64,000 nt of DNA from the NCBI RefSeq assembly GCF_030013205.1, contig NZ_CP122648.1. One strand, written 5' to 3'. The notes beneath the pieces are model-generated. The model was given only the letters and a program-made list of their open reading frames with translations. It did not search any database and was not told the origin of the DNA. Origin of the DNA: Escherichia coli (GTDB lineage Bacteria; Pseudomonadota; Gammaproteobacteria; Enterobacterales; Enterobacteriaceae). Each line of letters starts with the position of its first letter. The first letter of the stretch is position 1. Position numbers and translations under genes: made by a program. This document shows positions 1 to 11,463 of the stretch, piece by piece.

Positions 1-1097
1 TGAAAGGACGTTGGGTAAAGTACCTTCTTATGGGCACGGTTGTGGCAATGCTTGCCGCCTGCTCTTCCAAACCAACCGATCGCGGACAGCAATATAAAGA
101 CGGGAAATTTACCCAGCCTTTCTCTCTGGTGAACCAGCCAGATGCCGTTGGCGCGCCGATTAACGCCGGTGATTTTGCCGAGCAAATTAACCATATCCGT
201 AATTCGTCACCGCGTCTGTATGGCAACCAGAGTAATGTTTATAACGCGGTGCAAGAGTGGCTGCGCGCAGGCGGTGATACCCGCAATATGCGCCAGTTCG
301 GCATTGATGCCTGGCAGATGGAAGGTGCCGACAACTATGGTAACGTGCAGTTTACAGGCTATTACACGCCGGTAATTCAGGCGCGCCATACCCGCCAGGG
401 CGAGTTCCAGTATCCTATTTACCGTATGCCGCCAAAACGTGGTCGTCTGCCGTCTCGTGCGGAGATCTACGCGGGGGCATTGAGCGATAAATACATCCTC
501 GCTTACAGCAACTCCCTGATGGATAACTTCATTATGGATGTGCAGGGTAGCGGGTATATTGACTTTGGTGATGGCAGTCCGCTTAACTTTTTCAGCTATG
601 CAGGGAAAAACGGTCATGCATATCGCAGCATTGGTAAGGTGCTGATCGACCGTGGCGAAGTGAAAAAAGAAGATATGTCGATGCAGGCGATTCGTCACTG
701 GGGCGAAACACACAGTGAAGCCGAGGTTCGCGAGCTGTTGGAACAGAACCCGTCTTTCGTCTTCTTTAAACCGCAATCTTTTGCACCGGTGAAAGGGGCA
801 AGTGCGGTGCCGCTGGTTGGCCGTGCTTCTGTTGCCTCCGATCGTTCAATTATTCCGCCAGGTACTACCTTGCTGGCAGAAGTGCCGCTGCTGGATAATA
901 ACGGCAAATTTAACGGTCAGTACGAATTGCGTCTGATGGTGGCGCTGGATGTCGGTGGCGCAATCAAAGGCCAACACTTCGATATCTATCAAGGGATCGG
1001 GCCGGAAGCCGGGCACCGCGCAGGTTGGTACAACCACTATGGACGTGTCTGGGTGCTGAAAACGGCTCCGGGCGCAGGTAACGTCTTTAGCGGCTGA
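1..1097 (+). CDS. mltA: membrane-bound lytic murein transglycosylase A; 5' end cut by window edge (start codon begins 1 nt before position 1)
   Basis: ORF 30..1097 continues in frame to position 1 (tg|aaa gga cgt tgg = MKGRW...); lipoprotein-type signal with LAAC lipobox; recognised MltA sequence. Confidence 0.9.
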   Translation, partial: KGRWVKYLLMGTVVAMLAACSSKPTDRGQQYKDGKFTQPFSLVNQPDAVGAPINAGDFAEQINHIRNSSPRLYGNQSNVYNAVQEWLRAGGDTRNMRQFGIDAWQMEGADNYGNVQFTGYYTPVIQARHTRQGEFQYPIYRMPPKRGRLPSRAEIYAGALSDKYILAYSNSLMDNFIMDVQGSGYIDFGDGSPLNFFSYAGKNGHAYRSIGKVLIDRGEVKKEDMSMQAIRHWGETHSEAEVRELLEQNPSFVFFKPQSFAPVKGASAVPLVGRASVASDRSIIPPGTTLLAEVPLLDNNGKFNGQYELRLMVALDVGGAIKGQHFDIYQGIGPEAGHRAGWYNHYGRVWVLKTAPGAGNVFSG

Positions 1098-1172
1098 TGT
1101 GATATTCTGTATGCCGTTTTTACGTATACGACAGGGTGAGGGATAACCTCGCCCTTTTTATTCTGAGGTGCT

Positions 1173-1979
1173 ATGTCTGTGGTAATTAGTGATGCATGGC
1201 GTCAGCGTTTTGGTGGCACAGCGCGTCTGTATGGTGAAAAAGCGTTGCAACTGTTTGCTGACGCGCATATTTGTGTGGTCGGTATTGGCGGTGTCGGTTC
1301 CTGGGCGGCGGAAGCGCTGGCGCGCACAGGGATTGGCGCAATCACGCTTATCGATATGGATGATGTGTGCGTCACCAATACCAATCGGCAAATTCATGCC
1401 CTGCGCGATAACGTTGGGCTGGCAAAAGCGGAAGTTATGGCGGAGCGTATTCGCCAGATTAACCCGGAGTGCCGTGTAACGGTGGTGGATGATTTCGTTA
1501 CGCCGGATAACGTAGCGCAGTATATGAGCGTGGGTTATTCGTACGTGATTGATGCCATTGATAGTGTACGGCCCAAAGCGGCGCTGATTGCTTATTGTCG
1601 GCGCAATAAAATCCCACTGGTCACAACCGGTGGCGCGGGTGGGCAGATTGACCCGACGCAGATTCAGGTTACCGATCTGGCGAAAACGATTCAGGACCCG
1701 CTGGCGGCGAAGTTGCGTGAGCGCCTGAAAAGCGATTTTGGCATAGTGAAAAACAGTAAAGGTAAGCTCGGCGTGGATTGCGTGTTCTCTACCGAAGCAT
1801 TGGTGTACCCGCAGTCAGACGGTACGGTGTGTGCTATGAAAGCCACGGCGGAAGGGCCGAAGCGGATGGATTGTGCATCTGGATTTGGCGCGGCGACGAT
1901 GGTGACCGCCACCTTTGGTTTTGTTGCGGTTTCTCATGCGCTGAAGAAGATGATGGCGAAAGCGGCCCGTCAGGGGTAA
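1173..1979 (+). CDS. tcdA: tRNA threonylcarbamoyladenosine dehydratase (E1-like, CsdL/YgdL)
   Basis: 268-aa ORF with ThiF/MoeB-type GIGGVGS nucleotide-binding motif; conserved position next to csdAE. Confidence 0.9.
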   Translation: MSVVISDAWRQRFGGTARLYGEKALQLFADAHICVVGIGGVGSWAAEALARTGIGAITLIDMDDVCVTNTNRQIHALRDNVGLAKAEVMAERIRQINPECRVTVVDDFVTPDNVAQYMSVGYSYVIDAIDSVRPKAALIAYCRRNKIPLVTTGGAGGQIDPTQIQVTDLAKTIQDPLAAKLRERLKSDFGIVKNSKGKLGVDCVFSTEALVYPQSDGTVCAMKATAEGPKRMDCASGFGAATMVTATFGFVAVSHALKKMMAKAARQG

Positions 1980-1986
1980 ACAATCA

Positions 1987-2018
1987 GGTCGGATGCGACG
2001 CGAACGTCTTATCCGACC
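1987..2018. repeat. REP-like palindromic unit between convergent tcdA and csdE
   Basis: ggtcggatgcgacgcg...cgtcttatccgacc imperfect palindrome typical of enterobacterial REP. Confidence 0.5.
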
Positions 2019-2029
2019 TGGTTCTGTGC

Positions 2030-2473
2030 TTAAACCTGCTTCGCCACAGCGATAATCGCCTCGCTTAACGCATTCAACCCCTGGCTGCGTGAGGCGCTAA
2101 GCTGCGCACGCAATCCCAGCTCATCAAACAATGCCAGCGGCGACTGTGCCTGCAATTCGGCGGCGGTTTTCCCCTCAACGGCAGTCAACAACACCGCCAG
2201 CAGGCCGCGCACAATGCGCCCTTCGCTGTCGCCAAAGAAATGCATCTTGCCGTTTTCAGCCATGGTATATCCCAGCCAGACGCGGTTTTCGCATCCGGCA
2301 ATCTCTTTAGCCTGCGCTTTTAACTCGTCTAGCAAAGCCGGAAGCTGTTTCCCCAGCATGATCAACTGGCGATATTTATCTTCCCATTGCGTCAACGGTG
2401 CGAAGGTATTGCGTAACGTTTCTGCGGTTACGGTTGTGCCGAACGGATGTCCGGCGAATTGCGGGTTCGTCAT
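2030..2473 (-). CDS. csdE: sulfur acceptor protein CsdE (SufE-like)
   Basis: 147-aa ORF, SufE-like sequence; start overlaps csdA stop by 1 nt. Confidence 0.9.
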   Translation of the reverse strand: MTNPQFAGHPFGTTVTAETLRNTFAPLTQWEDKYRQLIMLGKQLPALLDELKAQAKEIAGCENRVWLGYTMAENGKMHFFGDSEGRIVRGLLAVLLTAVEGKTAAELQAQSPLALFDELGLRAQLSASRSQGLNALSEAIIAVAKQV

Positions 2474-3678
2474 TAATCCACCAATAATTCCAGCGCGCGG
2501 TCAACGGCATTCACCAGCGCATCCACATCACTCTTTGTATTATATGGCGCAAAAGAGGCGCGCAGTGTGCCGGTTACGCCTAATTCTGCCAGTAGCGGCT
2601 GAGCGCAATGCTGCCCGGCCCGCAGGGCAATACCGTACTCCGCCAGCAGCGTCACCATATCGCTGTGATGAACGCTAGCAAAATCAAAGGCCAGCAGGCT
2701 GGAATCCTGGCAGCGAAATGAGCGGAAGCCAGGACGTTTTGCCAGCGCATCTTCCGCCAGCGTTGCTAAGCTACGGCTCCAGCTTTCGGCCTGGTTGATA
2801 TCGTAATCTGCCAGCCATTCCAGCGCCGCGCTTAATCCTATGACACCAGCGACATTTGGCGTTCCGGCTTCCAGTTTCCACGGCGCAGATTGAGTCGTGA
2901 AGCCGTCAAAACTCACTTCGTGAATCATTTTGCCGCCACCCAGCCAGGGTGACATCGCTTCCAGCAGTTCTGATTTGCCATACAGCACGCCGATACCCGT
3001 CGGGCCATACAGTTTGTGACCAGAGAAAGCATAGAAATCAATATCCAGTTGCTGAACATCTGCGGGGACATGCACCGCCCCCTGAGCACCATCAACCATC
3101 ACCACCATCCCGGCTGAATGAGCAAAGGTAATCGCTCGCGCCAGATCCGGGCAACCGCCAGTGACGTTCGACATTTGTCCCAGAGCAAGAATTCGACTAC
3201 GAGGTGTGATCAGTTCTGGCAACAAATCGACATCCGGCAGTCGCTGCGCATTAAGCGGCAATTTCACCACTTTGGCTCCCGTTTGTTGGGCGACCATCAG
3301 CCAGGGGACGAGGTTAGCGTGGTGTTCTGCCACGCTGACAATAATCTCATCGCCCGGTTGCAGACGTGGACGCGCATAGCATTGTGCCACCATGTTGATG
3401 GATTCAGTGGTGCCGCGCGTCCAGACGATATTTTTGTCATCCGATGCATTCAGTAATTGCGCCACTTTCTCTCGTGCAGCTTCATAACGCGCGGTCAGGC
3501 GTTGGGCTTCGGCAAACTGGCTGCGATGGACGTTTCCGGCGCTCAGGCTGTAAAACTGTCGGGTGGCTTCAACCACGGCTTCAGGTTTAAGCGCGGTCGC
3601 GGCGCTGTCGAGATAGACGCCCGCATCCTGAAGTGCGGGAAACTGGGCGCGAAACTGCGCGGGATTAAAAACGTTCAT
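2473..3678 (-). CDS. csdA: cysteine sulfinate desulfinase / cysteine desulfurase CsdA
   Basis: Class V aminotransferase with SGHK pyridoxal-lysine motif; start set at MNVFNP (ATG at 3676-3678, GAGGAG RBS) rather than the upstream in-frame codon of the ORF track. Confidence 0.9.
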   Translation of the reverse strand: MNVFNPAQFRAQFPALQDAGVYLDSAATALKPEAVVEATRQFYSLSAGNVHRSQFAEAQRLTARYEAAREKVAQLLNASDDKNIVWTRGTTESINMVAQCYARPRLQPGDEIIVSVAEHHANLVPWLMVAQQTGAKVVKLPLNAQRLPDVDLLPELITPRSRILALGQMSNVTGGCPDLARAITFAHSAGMVVMVDGAQGAVHVPADVQQLDIDFYAFSGHKLYGPTGIGVLYGKSELLEAMSPWLGGGKMIHEVSFDGFTTQSAPWKLEAGTPNVAGVIGLSAALEWLADYDINQAESWSRSLATLAEDALAKRPGFRSFRCQDSSLLAFDFASVHHSDMVTLLAEYGIALRAGQHCAQPLLAELGVTGTLRASFAPYNTKSDVDALVNAVDRALELLVD

Positions 3679-3866
3679 GGTACTCCTCGGCTTGATGCAC
3701 CGATCGTGACGCAAAATTCACTTTGATACAAGGAGAGTGCTAACCATCAGAATTATCTGGATATCCTGGCGAAGCCGCGTAAGTAACATATGCTGAATAG
3801 TGTTAGGCGTTAATTTTAGCCTGTTAATCAATACTATTAAGATTTATTAATCGCTTTAAGGAGAAG

Positions 3867-4097
3867 ATGATGAAAAAGACTGCCGCAATTATTTCTGCCT
3901 GTATGCTGACTTTTGCCCTGAGCGCCTGTTCCGGTTCGAACTATGTGATGCACACCAATGACGGACGTACCATCGTCTCTGACGGCAAACCACAGACTGA
4001 TAACGATACCGGTATGATTTCGTATAAAGACGCTAATGGCAACAAACAGCAGATCAACCGTACTGACGTGAAAGAGATGGTCGAACTGGATCAGTAA
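3867..4097 (+). CDS. ygdI: small lipoprotein YgdI (DUF903)
   Basis: Signal peptide plus LSAC lipobox; tandem ATG at 3867/3870 after AGGAG, true start could be 3870. Confidence 0.85.
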   Translation: MMKKTAAIISACMLTFALSACSGSNYVMHTNDGRTIVSDGKPQTDNDTGMISYKDANGNKQQINRTDVKEMVELDQ

Positions 4098-4113
4098 TTC
4101 GCGATCGCTAGGT

Positions 4114-4319
4114 AAAAAAAAGCACCGCAATTAGGCGGTGCTACATTAATCACTATGGACAGACAGGGTAAATGTACAGGAAGTGAAAAAAGGTAGCTTT
4201 GCTACCATGGTCTGAATCGCAGACCAATTGCAAACACAACAACACAACATCACAACCGTAAGCCAAAAGTTCACCAGAACACGCATTCCGATAAAACTTT
4301 TCGTTCCGGCTCAGGAAGT
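4114..4319 (-). ncRNA. gcvB: GcvB small regulatory RNA, divergent from gcvA
   Basis: Reverse complement reads ACTTCCTGAGCCGGAACGAAAAG...; contains the G/U-rich GTTGTGATGTTGTGTTGTTGTGTTTG region and ends in hairpin agcaccgcctaattgcggtgct plus U-run; matches recalled GcvB sequence. Confidence 0.85.
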
Positions 4320-4447
4320 GCCGCCACTATAGGTATTTGCTGGTAGAAGCTCAACGGACAATTTATAATGGCTCAGATTAAAAAAACTAATAGGTTACAC
4401 AGTGTGATCTAATTGTTAAATTCATTTAACATCAAAGTTTAAAAGCC

Positions 4448-5365
4448 ATGTCTAAACGATTACCACCGCTAAATGCCTTACGAGTTTTTGATGCCGCAGC
4501 ACGCCATTTAAGTTTCACTCGCGCAGCAGAAGAGCTTTTTGTGACCCAGGCCGCAGTAAGTCATCAAATCAAGTCTCTTGAGGATTTTTTGGGGCTAAAA
4601 CTGTTCCGCCGCCGTAATCGTTCACTCCTGCTGACCGAGGAAGGGCAAAGCTATTTCCTCGATATCAAAGAGATATTTTCGCAATTAACCGAAGCGACGC
4701 GTAAACTCCAGGCCCGTAGCGCCAAGGGGGCGTTGACGGTCAGTTTACTCCCCAGTTTCGCCATTCATTGGTTGGTTCCGCGACTTTCCAGCTTTAATTC
4801 AGCTTATCCGGGAATTGACGTTCGAATCCAGGCGGTTGATCGTCAGGAAGATAAGCTGGCGGATGATGTTGATGTGGCGATATTTTATGGTCGGGGCAAC
4901 TGGCCGGGGCTACGGGTGGAAAAACTTTACGCCGAATATTTATTGCCGGTGTGTTCGCCGCTACTGCTGACTGGCGAAAAACCCTTGAAGACCCCGGAAG
5001 ATCTGGCTAAACATACGTTATTACATGATGCGTCACGCCGTGACTGGCAGACATATACTCGCCAATTGGGGTTAAATCATATCAACGTTCAGCAAGGGCC
5101 AATTTTTAGCCATAGCGCCATGGTGCTGCAAGCGGCTATTCACGGGCAGGGAGTGGCGCTGGCAAATAACGTGATGGCGCAATCTGAAATCGAGGCCGGA
5201 CGTCTTGTTTGCCCGTTTAATGATGTTCTGGTCAGTAAAAATGCTTTTTATCTGGTTTGTCATGACAGTCAGGCAGAACTGGGTAAAATAGCCGCCTTTC
5301 GCCAATGGATCCTGGCGAAAGCCGCTGCTGAACAAGAAAAATTCCGCTTTCGTTATGAACAATAA
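4448..5365 (+). CDS. gcvA: LysR-family glycine cleavage system transcriptional activator
   Basis: 305-aa ORF with N-terminal LysR HTH; recognised GcvA. Confidence 0.95.
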   Translation: MSKRLPPLNALRVFDAAARHLSFTRAAEELFVTQAAVSHQIKSLEDFLGLKLFRRRNRSLLLTEEGQSYFLDIKEIFSQLTEATRKLQARSAKGALTVSLLPSFAIHWLVPRLSSFNSAYPGIDVRIQAVDRQEDKLADDVDVAIFYGRGNWPGLRVEKLYAEYLLPVCSPLLLTGEKPLKTPEDLAKHTLLHDASRRDWQTYTRQLGLNHINVQQGPIFSHSAMVLQAAIHGQGVALANNVMAQSEIEAGRLVCPFNDVLVSKNAFYLVCHDSQAELGKIAAFRQWILAKAAAEQEKFRFRYEQ

Positions 5366-5383
5366 TTTACGTAGGGTACGACC

Positions 5384-5779
5384 ATGACCAGCCGTTTTAT
5401 GCTGATTTTCGCCGCCATTAGCGGCTTCATTTTTGTGGCTCTGGGCGCTTTTGGCGCGCATGTGTTAAGTAAAACCATGGGGGCCGTTGAGATGGGCTGG
5501 ATCCAGACCGGTCTCGAATATCAGGCGTTCCATACGCTGGCGATCTTAGGTCTGGCGGTGGCAATGCAGCGTCGCATCAGTATCTGGTTTTACTGGAGTA
5601 GCGTTTTCCTCGCGTTAGGCACGGTGCTGTTCAGCGGCAGCCTTTATTGCCTGGCACTGTCCCATCTGCGTTTGTGGGCGTTTGTCACTCCGGTTGGCGG
5701 CGTGAGCTTCCTTGCGGGCTGGGCGTTAATGTTAGTTGGTGCTATCCGTTTAAAGCGCAAGGGCGTAAGTCATGAATAA
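5384..5779 (+). CDS. ygdD: inner membrane protein YgdD (DUF423)
   Basis: 131-aa hydrophobic ORF; conserved position. Confidence 0.85.
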
Positions 5780-6872
5780 GGTTGTATTGCTGTGCCGTCC
5801 GGGCTTTGAAAAAGAGTGCGCCGCAGAAATTACCGATAAAGCCGGCCAGCGGGAAATTTTCGGTTTTGCCCGCGTGAAAGAGAATGCGGGTTATGTGATT
5901 TATGAATGTTATCAACCTGATGATGGCGATAAGTTAATCCGTGAGCTGCCGTTCAGTTCATTAATTTTTGCCCGCCAGTGGTTTGTGGTGGGGGAACTCC
6001 TGCAGCATTTGCCGCCTGAAGATCGTATTACCCCCATTGTCGGTATGTTACAGGGCGTAGTAGAGAAGGGCGGTGAACTGCGTGTTGAAGTTGCCGATAC
6101 CAACGAAAGCAAAGAGTTGCTGAAATTCTGCCGTAAATTCACCGTGCCGCTACGCGCTGCCTTGCGCGATGCGGGGGTGCTGGCGAACTATGAAACGCCG
6201 AAGCGTCCGGTTGTGCATGTATTCTTTATTGCACCAGGCTGCTGCTATACCGGTTACTCATACAGCAACAATAATTCGCCGTTCTATATGGGCATTCCGC
6301 GCCTGAAATTTCCGGCAGATGCGCCGAGTCGTTCCACGCTCAAACTGGAAGAGGCATTTCATGTGTTTATTCCTGCGGATGAGTGGGATGAACGCCTGGC
6401 GAACGGGATGTGGGCGGTGGATTTGGGCGCTTGCCCTGGCGGCTGGACCTACCAACTGGTGAAGCGCAACATGTGGGTTTATTCCGTCGACAACGGCCCG
6501 ATGGCGCAAAGTCTGATGGATACCGGGCAGGTGACGTGGCTGCGGGAAGATGGTTTCAAATTCCGTCCGACACGCAGCAATATCTCCTGGATGGTATGCG
6601 ATATGGTTGAAAAACCGGCGAAAGTTGCGGCATTGATGGCGCAGTGGCTGGTTAATGGCTGGTGCCGTGAAACCATTTTCAACCTCAAACTGCCGATGAA
6701 AAAACGCTACGAAGAAGTGTCACACAATCTGGCGTATATTCAGGCACAGCTTGATGAACATGGCATAAATGCTCAGATTCAGGCGCGGCAGTTGTATCAC
6801 GATCGCGAAGAAGTGACGGTGCACGTCCGCCGTATCTGGGCTGCGGTGGGTGGTCGTCGCGACGAGCGATAA
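5772..6872 (+). CDS. rlmM: 23S rRNA 2'-O-ribose C2498 methyltransferase RlmM (YgdE)
   Basis: 366-aa ORF overlapping ygdD end by 8 nt; recognised sequence. Confidence 0.9.
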
Positions 6873-6903
6873 CAGGCAAGGCCGGGGCGTCGTCTCCGGC
6901 CTG
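6873..6903. terminator. stem-loop between convergent rlmM and fucR (candidate bidirectional terminator)
   Basis: caggcaaggccgggg / ctccggcctg inverted repeat directly after rlmM stop; no clean T-run. Confidence 0.35.
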
Positions 6904-6915
6904 CTATCCTTTCCG

Positions 6916-7647
6916 TCAGGCTGTTACCAAAGAAGCCGCAACCTGGCGCTCATCAGAAATAATGTGCGTGACCTCATCCAGATGCCCGATGCGGGCTTCC
7001 CCTGAACGATTAAATTTACTTTTATCAATCAATAACAACGATTGCGCGGCGCGTTTTAATAGCATTGATTTGTAATCAGCGTTGATGGCATTGGAGTCCC
7101 ACAGTGCGCCGCTGCTATCGATCCCTTCACAAGAAAAAATAAACAGATCGATTTCCAGCGATTTAAGTTGGGAAATCAGCGAGGGATTGACGTAACAACC
7201 ATATTTGCGCTCAAGTGTGCCGCCGGAACTGATCAGTTGAATGCGTTCACGTTTACCGAGTTCATGGCAAATCGGATGGCTATTGGTGAAGACCTGGATG
7301 TTGATGTCAGGCAACTGGCGTGCCAGATACCAGCAGGTTGAACTGGCGTCTAAGGCTATTACCATCCCTTCTTCAATCCACGCGAGCGCCTCGCGCGCGA
7401 TATCTGCTTTATGCGCATAATGGCTTTTCAGCCGGATGTGAAAGGGATCGCCACTGTCTTGATTTTGACGGTGGATATATTTAGCGCGCCCATGATTGCG
7501 CAGAATTTTACCCTGCGTCTGTAATTCATTGAGATCGCGACGAATGGTTTCTTTACTGACCTTTAGCTGTTCAGAGAGAGCTTCCGTGGTCAGGCTGGTA
7601 TGGTTCAGCAGCAGGTCGACTATCGCTTGCTGGCGTGCCGCTTTCAT
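6916..7647 (-). CDS. fucR: DeoR-family L-fucose operon activator
   Basis: Start set at MKAARQQ (ATG 7645-7647); ORF-track start at 7656 is an upstream in-frame GTG. Confidence 0.9.
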   Translation of the reverse strand: MKAARQQAIVDLLLNHTSLTTEALSEQLKVSKETIRRDLNELQTQGKILRNHGRAKYIHRQNQDSGDPFHIRLKSHYAHKADIAREALAWIEEGMVIALDASSTCWYLARQLPDINIQVFTNSHPICHELGKRERIQLISSGGTLERKYGCYVNPSLISQLKSLEIDLFIFSCEGIDSSGALWDSNAINADYKSMLLKRAAQSLLLIDKSKFNRSGEARIGHLDEVTHIISDERQVAASLVTA

Positions 7648-7704
7648 ATTTTTCACCCCATCATTCGATAACCGCCCGCGTCATGCGGGCGTACCGGTAT
7701 GAGA

Positions 7705-8127
7705 TTACGGTGTTACCCCTTTTTTTAAAAGAATATTCCCGTACTTCGCTCGTTCGCCTGTGATAACGATCGCAAAGGCTTTTTGTGCCCGTTCATAAAA
7801 CGCAAAACGATTGATGCGGATGATGTCAGGACAGGGGGCTTGTAGTGAAAGCGCATTACGGTAACGTCGTTCTACTTCAGGATCGAGAGTGTCACCTTCT
7901 ACCGCCGCCATCATCACCAGTGGCGGTGCATAACTGTCCAGTTCAAATAACGGGATAATCGCCTGGAGCAAGTCGCTCACCAACAGGCCATCAGCGCGGA
8001 TCACCTGCGGTCCCATCGAATGGGCGGGAAAGTGAGCATCGGAAAAAATAATTTCATCTCCATGCCCCATCTCTGCCAGCACTTTCAATAGTTCGGGAGA
8101 AATTAACGGCGAAATTGTTTTCAGCAT
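7705..8127 (-). CDS. fucU: L-fucose mutarotase
   Basis: 140-aa RbsD/FucU family ORF. Confidence 0.9.
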
Positions 8128-8128
8128 T

Positions 8129-9547
8129 TCACACTTCCTCTATAAATTCAGGTTCAGTTTGCGGGTAGAAATAACGGTACTGATAATGAATCTGCGCGCG
8201 AGCTTCCTCCGGGCTGTTAAATTCCCCTACGCCATACCAACCGAACAGCGCAGCTCCTGCGACGGTCGTTTCGGCGTCGTCGAGAACTTTTACCGGAATA
8301 TCAAGCATATTGGCTTTAATCTGATTCCACAATGTGTTGCGACTTCCTCCACCGACTAACAATAATTCAGAGGCTTTAAAGTGCCCGATTTTTTCCAGCA
8401 TCTGTAGATTGCGCTGTAATTGCGCAGTTAACCCTTCCAGCGCCGCGCGATAGAAATGCCCCCGCGTGGTATTAAGCGTCACTCCTTGCCAGCCAGCGTT
8501 CTGACACGACAATAAATCACACTGCATTTTTACGCCATCCGCGCCAGGCGCGATCAGACGAGCTTCTTCAATCAACATTTGCCAGGGTGTTTCAGCCGTC
8601 CAGAACAGTTTTCTCACCCATTCCAGCACGCCGGATGCCAGCCATTGCATACCTGGGTTATACAACCCTGCCTGGCTATCCAGTTCGCAGGTCGAACCGG
8701 CGTACTGACTTAACAGCGAAGTATCAACCTGGGCGCTACGGACCATTAAAATTTCCCATGTACCGGAAGAGAGCACGGGTTCATTTTGTTCGGCACCAGC
8801 GCCAAAAAGGGCGAACTGGGTATCGTGACCTGCGGAAATCACCGGTATGCCAACGGGTAAGCCGAGCATTGCTGCGGCGCTGTTCTGTAACGTACCAATC
8901 TGTTCACCCGCTTCCACCAGACGAGGGAAGAGTCGGCGTGGAATACCGGTGGCTTGTAAAATTTGCGGACTGAAATCGCGTTGCTGGATATCCAGCATCT
9001 GGCTGGTTCCGGCCATCGTGATATCAGTAGTGAATTCGCCGGTTAAACGGTGGTTAATCAGCGACGAAATAAAGAGCCAGGCGTGCGCGCGTTCCAGCAG
9101 TTGTGGATGATTTTCTTTCAACCACACCAACTTATATAACGTATTGAAACTAAAGGCTCCGACTCCAGAAATAGCCTGCAACTGCTGTGCGGAGATCAAC
9201 CGTTCAATATTGTCCATTACCGCTGCTGTTCGCGGACATTTCCAGCTAATGATCGGATAGAGCAGATTGCCTTGCTTATCTACCAGAGCGCCATCCACAC
9301 CAAAGGTGGTGACGGCGATACCGCGGATGTGGCAATCAGTCAGTTCACTATTGATTTGCCGACAGCAATCAGCAAAGCGTTGCAAAATGGCGTCTAAAGA
9401 CCACTGGTGCCAGGTGTTGTTTTCCATCGCGATATCGCTGGCATTAGGCGTTGAGGCGCGGGCAACAATTTTTCCCTGCCGATTAACCGCGATGGCCCTG
9501 ACATTGGTCGCGCCACAGTCGAGTACCAGGATAACTTCTTGTTTCAT
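8129..9547 (-). CDS. fucK: L-fuculokinase
   Basis: FGGY kinase; start set at MKQEVIL (ATG 9545-9547) with AGGAG RBS, 10 codons inside ORF-track start. Confidence 0.9.
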
Positions 9548-9655
9548 AATCGCTCCTGCAATATAGCCGGATAACATTGCTTATCCGGCTAACCACTCTT
9601 GCTTGTTCAGGCCCGGTAGCCGGAGCGACCGGGCATCACATCAGGGAGTAATGTA

Positions 9656-11431
9656 TTAACGCTTGTACAACGGGCCGTAGTTCTGGCAAGCGCGGTAATC
9701 CTGGCCTTCAATATCCATGCCGTGCGCGGCCCAGGCAGAAGGACGATACACTTTGGTCTCTTCAACGTTGTGCATACATACCGGGATACGCAGCATGGAG
9801 GCAAGAGTGATAAAGTCTGCGCCAACGTGGCCGATGGTCAGAACCCCGTGGTTAGCGCCCCAGTTCGCCATTACCGAGTACACATCCGTAAACGGCCCTT
9901 TACCGGTGAGGCGCGGTGCAAACCAGGTGGTTGGCCAGGTTGAGTTGGTGCGTTTGTTGAGGATGTCATGCACATCCTTCGGCAATTCCACGCTCCAGCC
10001 TTCCGCGATTTGCAGTACCGGTCCGAGTCCTTTGATGATGTTGACACGGGTCATGGTGAACGGGACGCCGCCTTCGGTAAGGAAGCGGGAAGAATAACCG
10101 CCGCCACGGAAGTATTCGTGGATCGCCGGGCACCATTCGGTAGCGGCGAGGCAAGCGTCAGCCTCTTGCTGAGAGATTTCCCAGTGTGGCTTCATCGTCG
10201 GGTTACCTTCGCTGTCGCGTTGTTTACAGGAACCGTCCAGCGCAGCAGAACCGGAGTTGATCAAATGGATGATGCCGTGTTCTGCCAGTCCATCGAGTTT
10301 ATGCCCCGTTACACGTTCAATTGCTTCTGGTGACCAGTAGGTACGCACATCGGCAAATACCTGAGCGGTGCCGGTGAGCTGGTGACCCATTAGCATTGCC
10401 ACGCCGTTAAGACTGTCGTTTTCGGTCGCCACGACAAAGGGTTCGCGCACGCCATTCCAGTCAAATGAACTGTTAAGGATCGCTTCGGCGGTGTCGCCAT
10501 TGGGATATTGATCGGTCCAGTGGCGTTGTCCCTGGAAGCCCGCAGCGATGGCGTTGTAGCCAAGTGATTCTTCCACGCGACCAATATCGGCCAGTTTGCT
10601 GTTGCCTTGCATCATGTCGCGGATACACATCGCCATCAGTAAACTTTCGCGCAGAACTGCGCGGCTTTGCTCGGCATTGCGTTGATACTGTTTGTTATTT
10701 TCATCTTCGCCATAGCGGAAGTTTTTATCAGCCCAGGCCAGCGCCATTTCCAGTTCGGCTTCGTCGTAAATCTTCTGATCGATACGGCGACGCAGTTCGG
10801 TCATATCCACCGCCTGGACTTTCATTCCCAGCCAGGATTCAAAGAAGTTGTGATCAACAATGGAACCGGCGATACCCATCGAAACGCCGCCCAGCGACAG
10901 ATAGCTTTTACCTTTCATGCTGGCGACGGCCAAACCGGCGCGGGCAAAGCGCAGCAGTTTTTCTTCAACATCAGCAGGAATCGATGTGTCATCGGCATCC
11001 TGAACGTCATGACCGTAAATGGAGAATGCCGGGATGCCTTTCTGGCTGTGAGCTGCCAGAGCCGCTGCCAGGTAAACAGCGCCGGGACGTTCAGTGCCGT
11101 TAAAGCCCCAAATGGCTTTCGGGCGGGTTGGATCCATGTCGATGGTTTCACTGCCATAGCACCAGCAAGGCGTTACCGTAATGGTGAGGCCTACATTCTG
11201 ACTGCTGAATTTTTCTTCGCAAGCAGCGGCTTCAGCCATACCCGCGATACAGGTATCGGAAATGACACACTCGACGGCAGCTCCGCAGGCATGGCGCAGT
11301 TTCTCGGTCAGCAGTGCGGCCGTGGCTTTCGCCATATTCATTGTTTGTTCTTCAAGCGACTCACGAACACCCATGCGACGACCGTCAATAACCGGGCGGA
11401 TACCAATTTTCGGTAAGCTGATTTTTTTCAT
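9656..11431 (-). CDS. fucI: L-fucose isomerase
   Basis: 591-aa ORF, recognised FucI sequence. Confidence 0.95.
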   Translation of the reverse strand: MKKISLPKIGIRPVIDGRRMGVRESLEEQTMNMAKATAALLTEKLRHACGAAVECVISDTCIAGMAEAAACEEKFSSQNVGLTITVTPCWCYGSETIDMDPTRPKAIWGFNGTERPGAVYLAAALAAHSQKGIPAFSIYGHDVQDADDTSIPADVEEKLLRFARAGLAVASMKGKSYLSLGGVSMGIAGSIVDHNFFESWLGMKVQAVDMTELRRRIDQKIYDEAELEMALAWADKNFRYGEDENNKQYQRNAEQSRAVLRESLLMAMCIRDMMQGNSKLADIGRVEESLGYNAIAAGFQGQRHWTDQYPNGDTAEAILNSSFDWNGVREPFVVATENDSLNGVAMLMGHQLTGTAQVFADVRTYWSPEAIERVTGHKLDGLAEHGIIHLINSGSAALDGSCKQRDSEGNPTMKPHWEISQQEADACLAATEWCPAIHEYFRGGGYSSRFLTEGGVPFTMTRVNIIKGLGPVLQIAEGWSVELPKDVHDILNKRTNSTWPTTWFAPRLTGKGPFTDVYSVMANWGANHGVLTIGHVGADFITLASMLRIPVCMHNVEETKVYRPSAWAAHGMDIEGQDYRACQNYGPLYKR

Positions 11432-11463
11432 TACTGATTCCTCACTTTATTCGGAAAATATGT

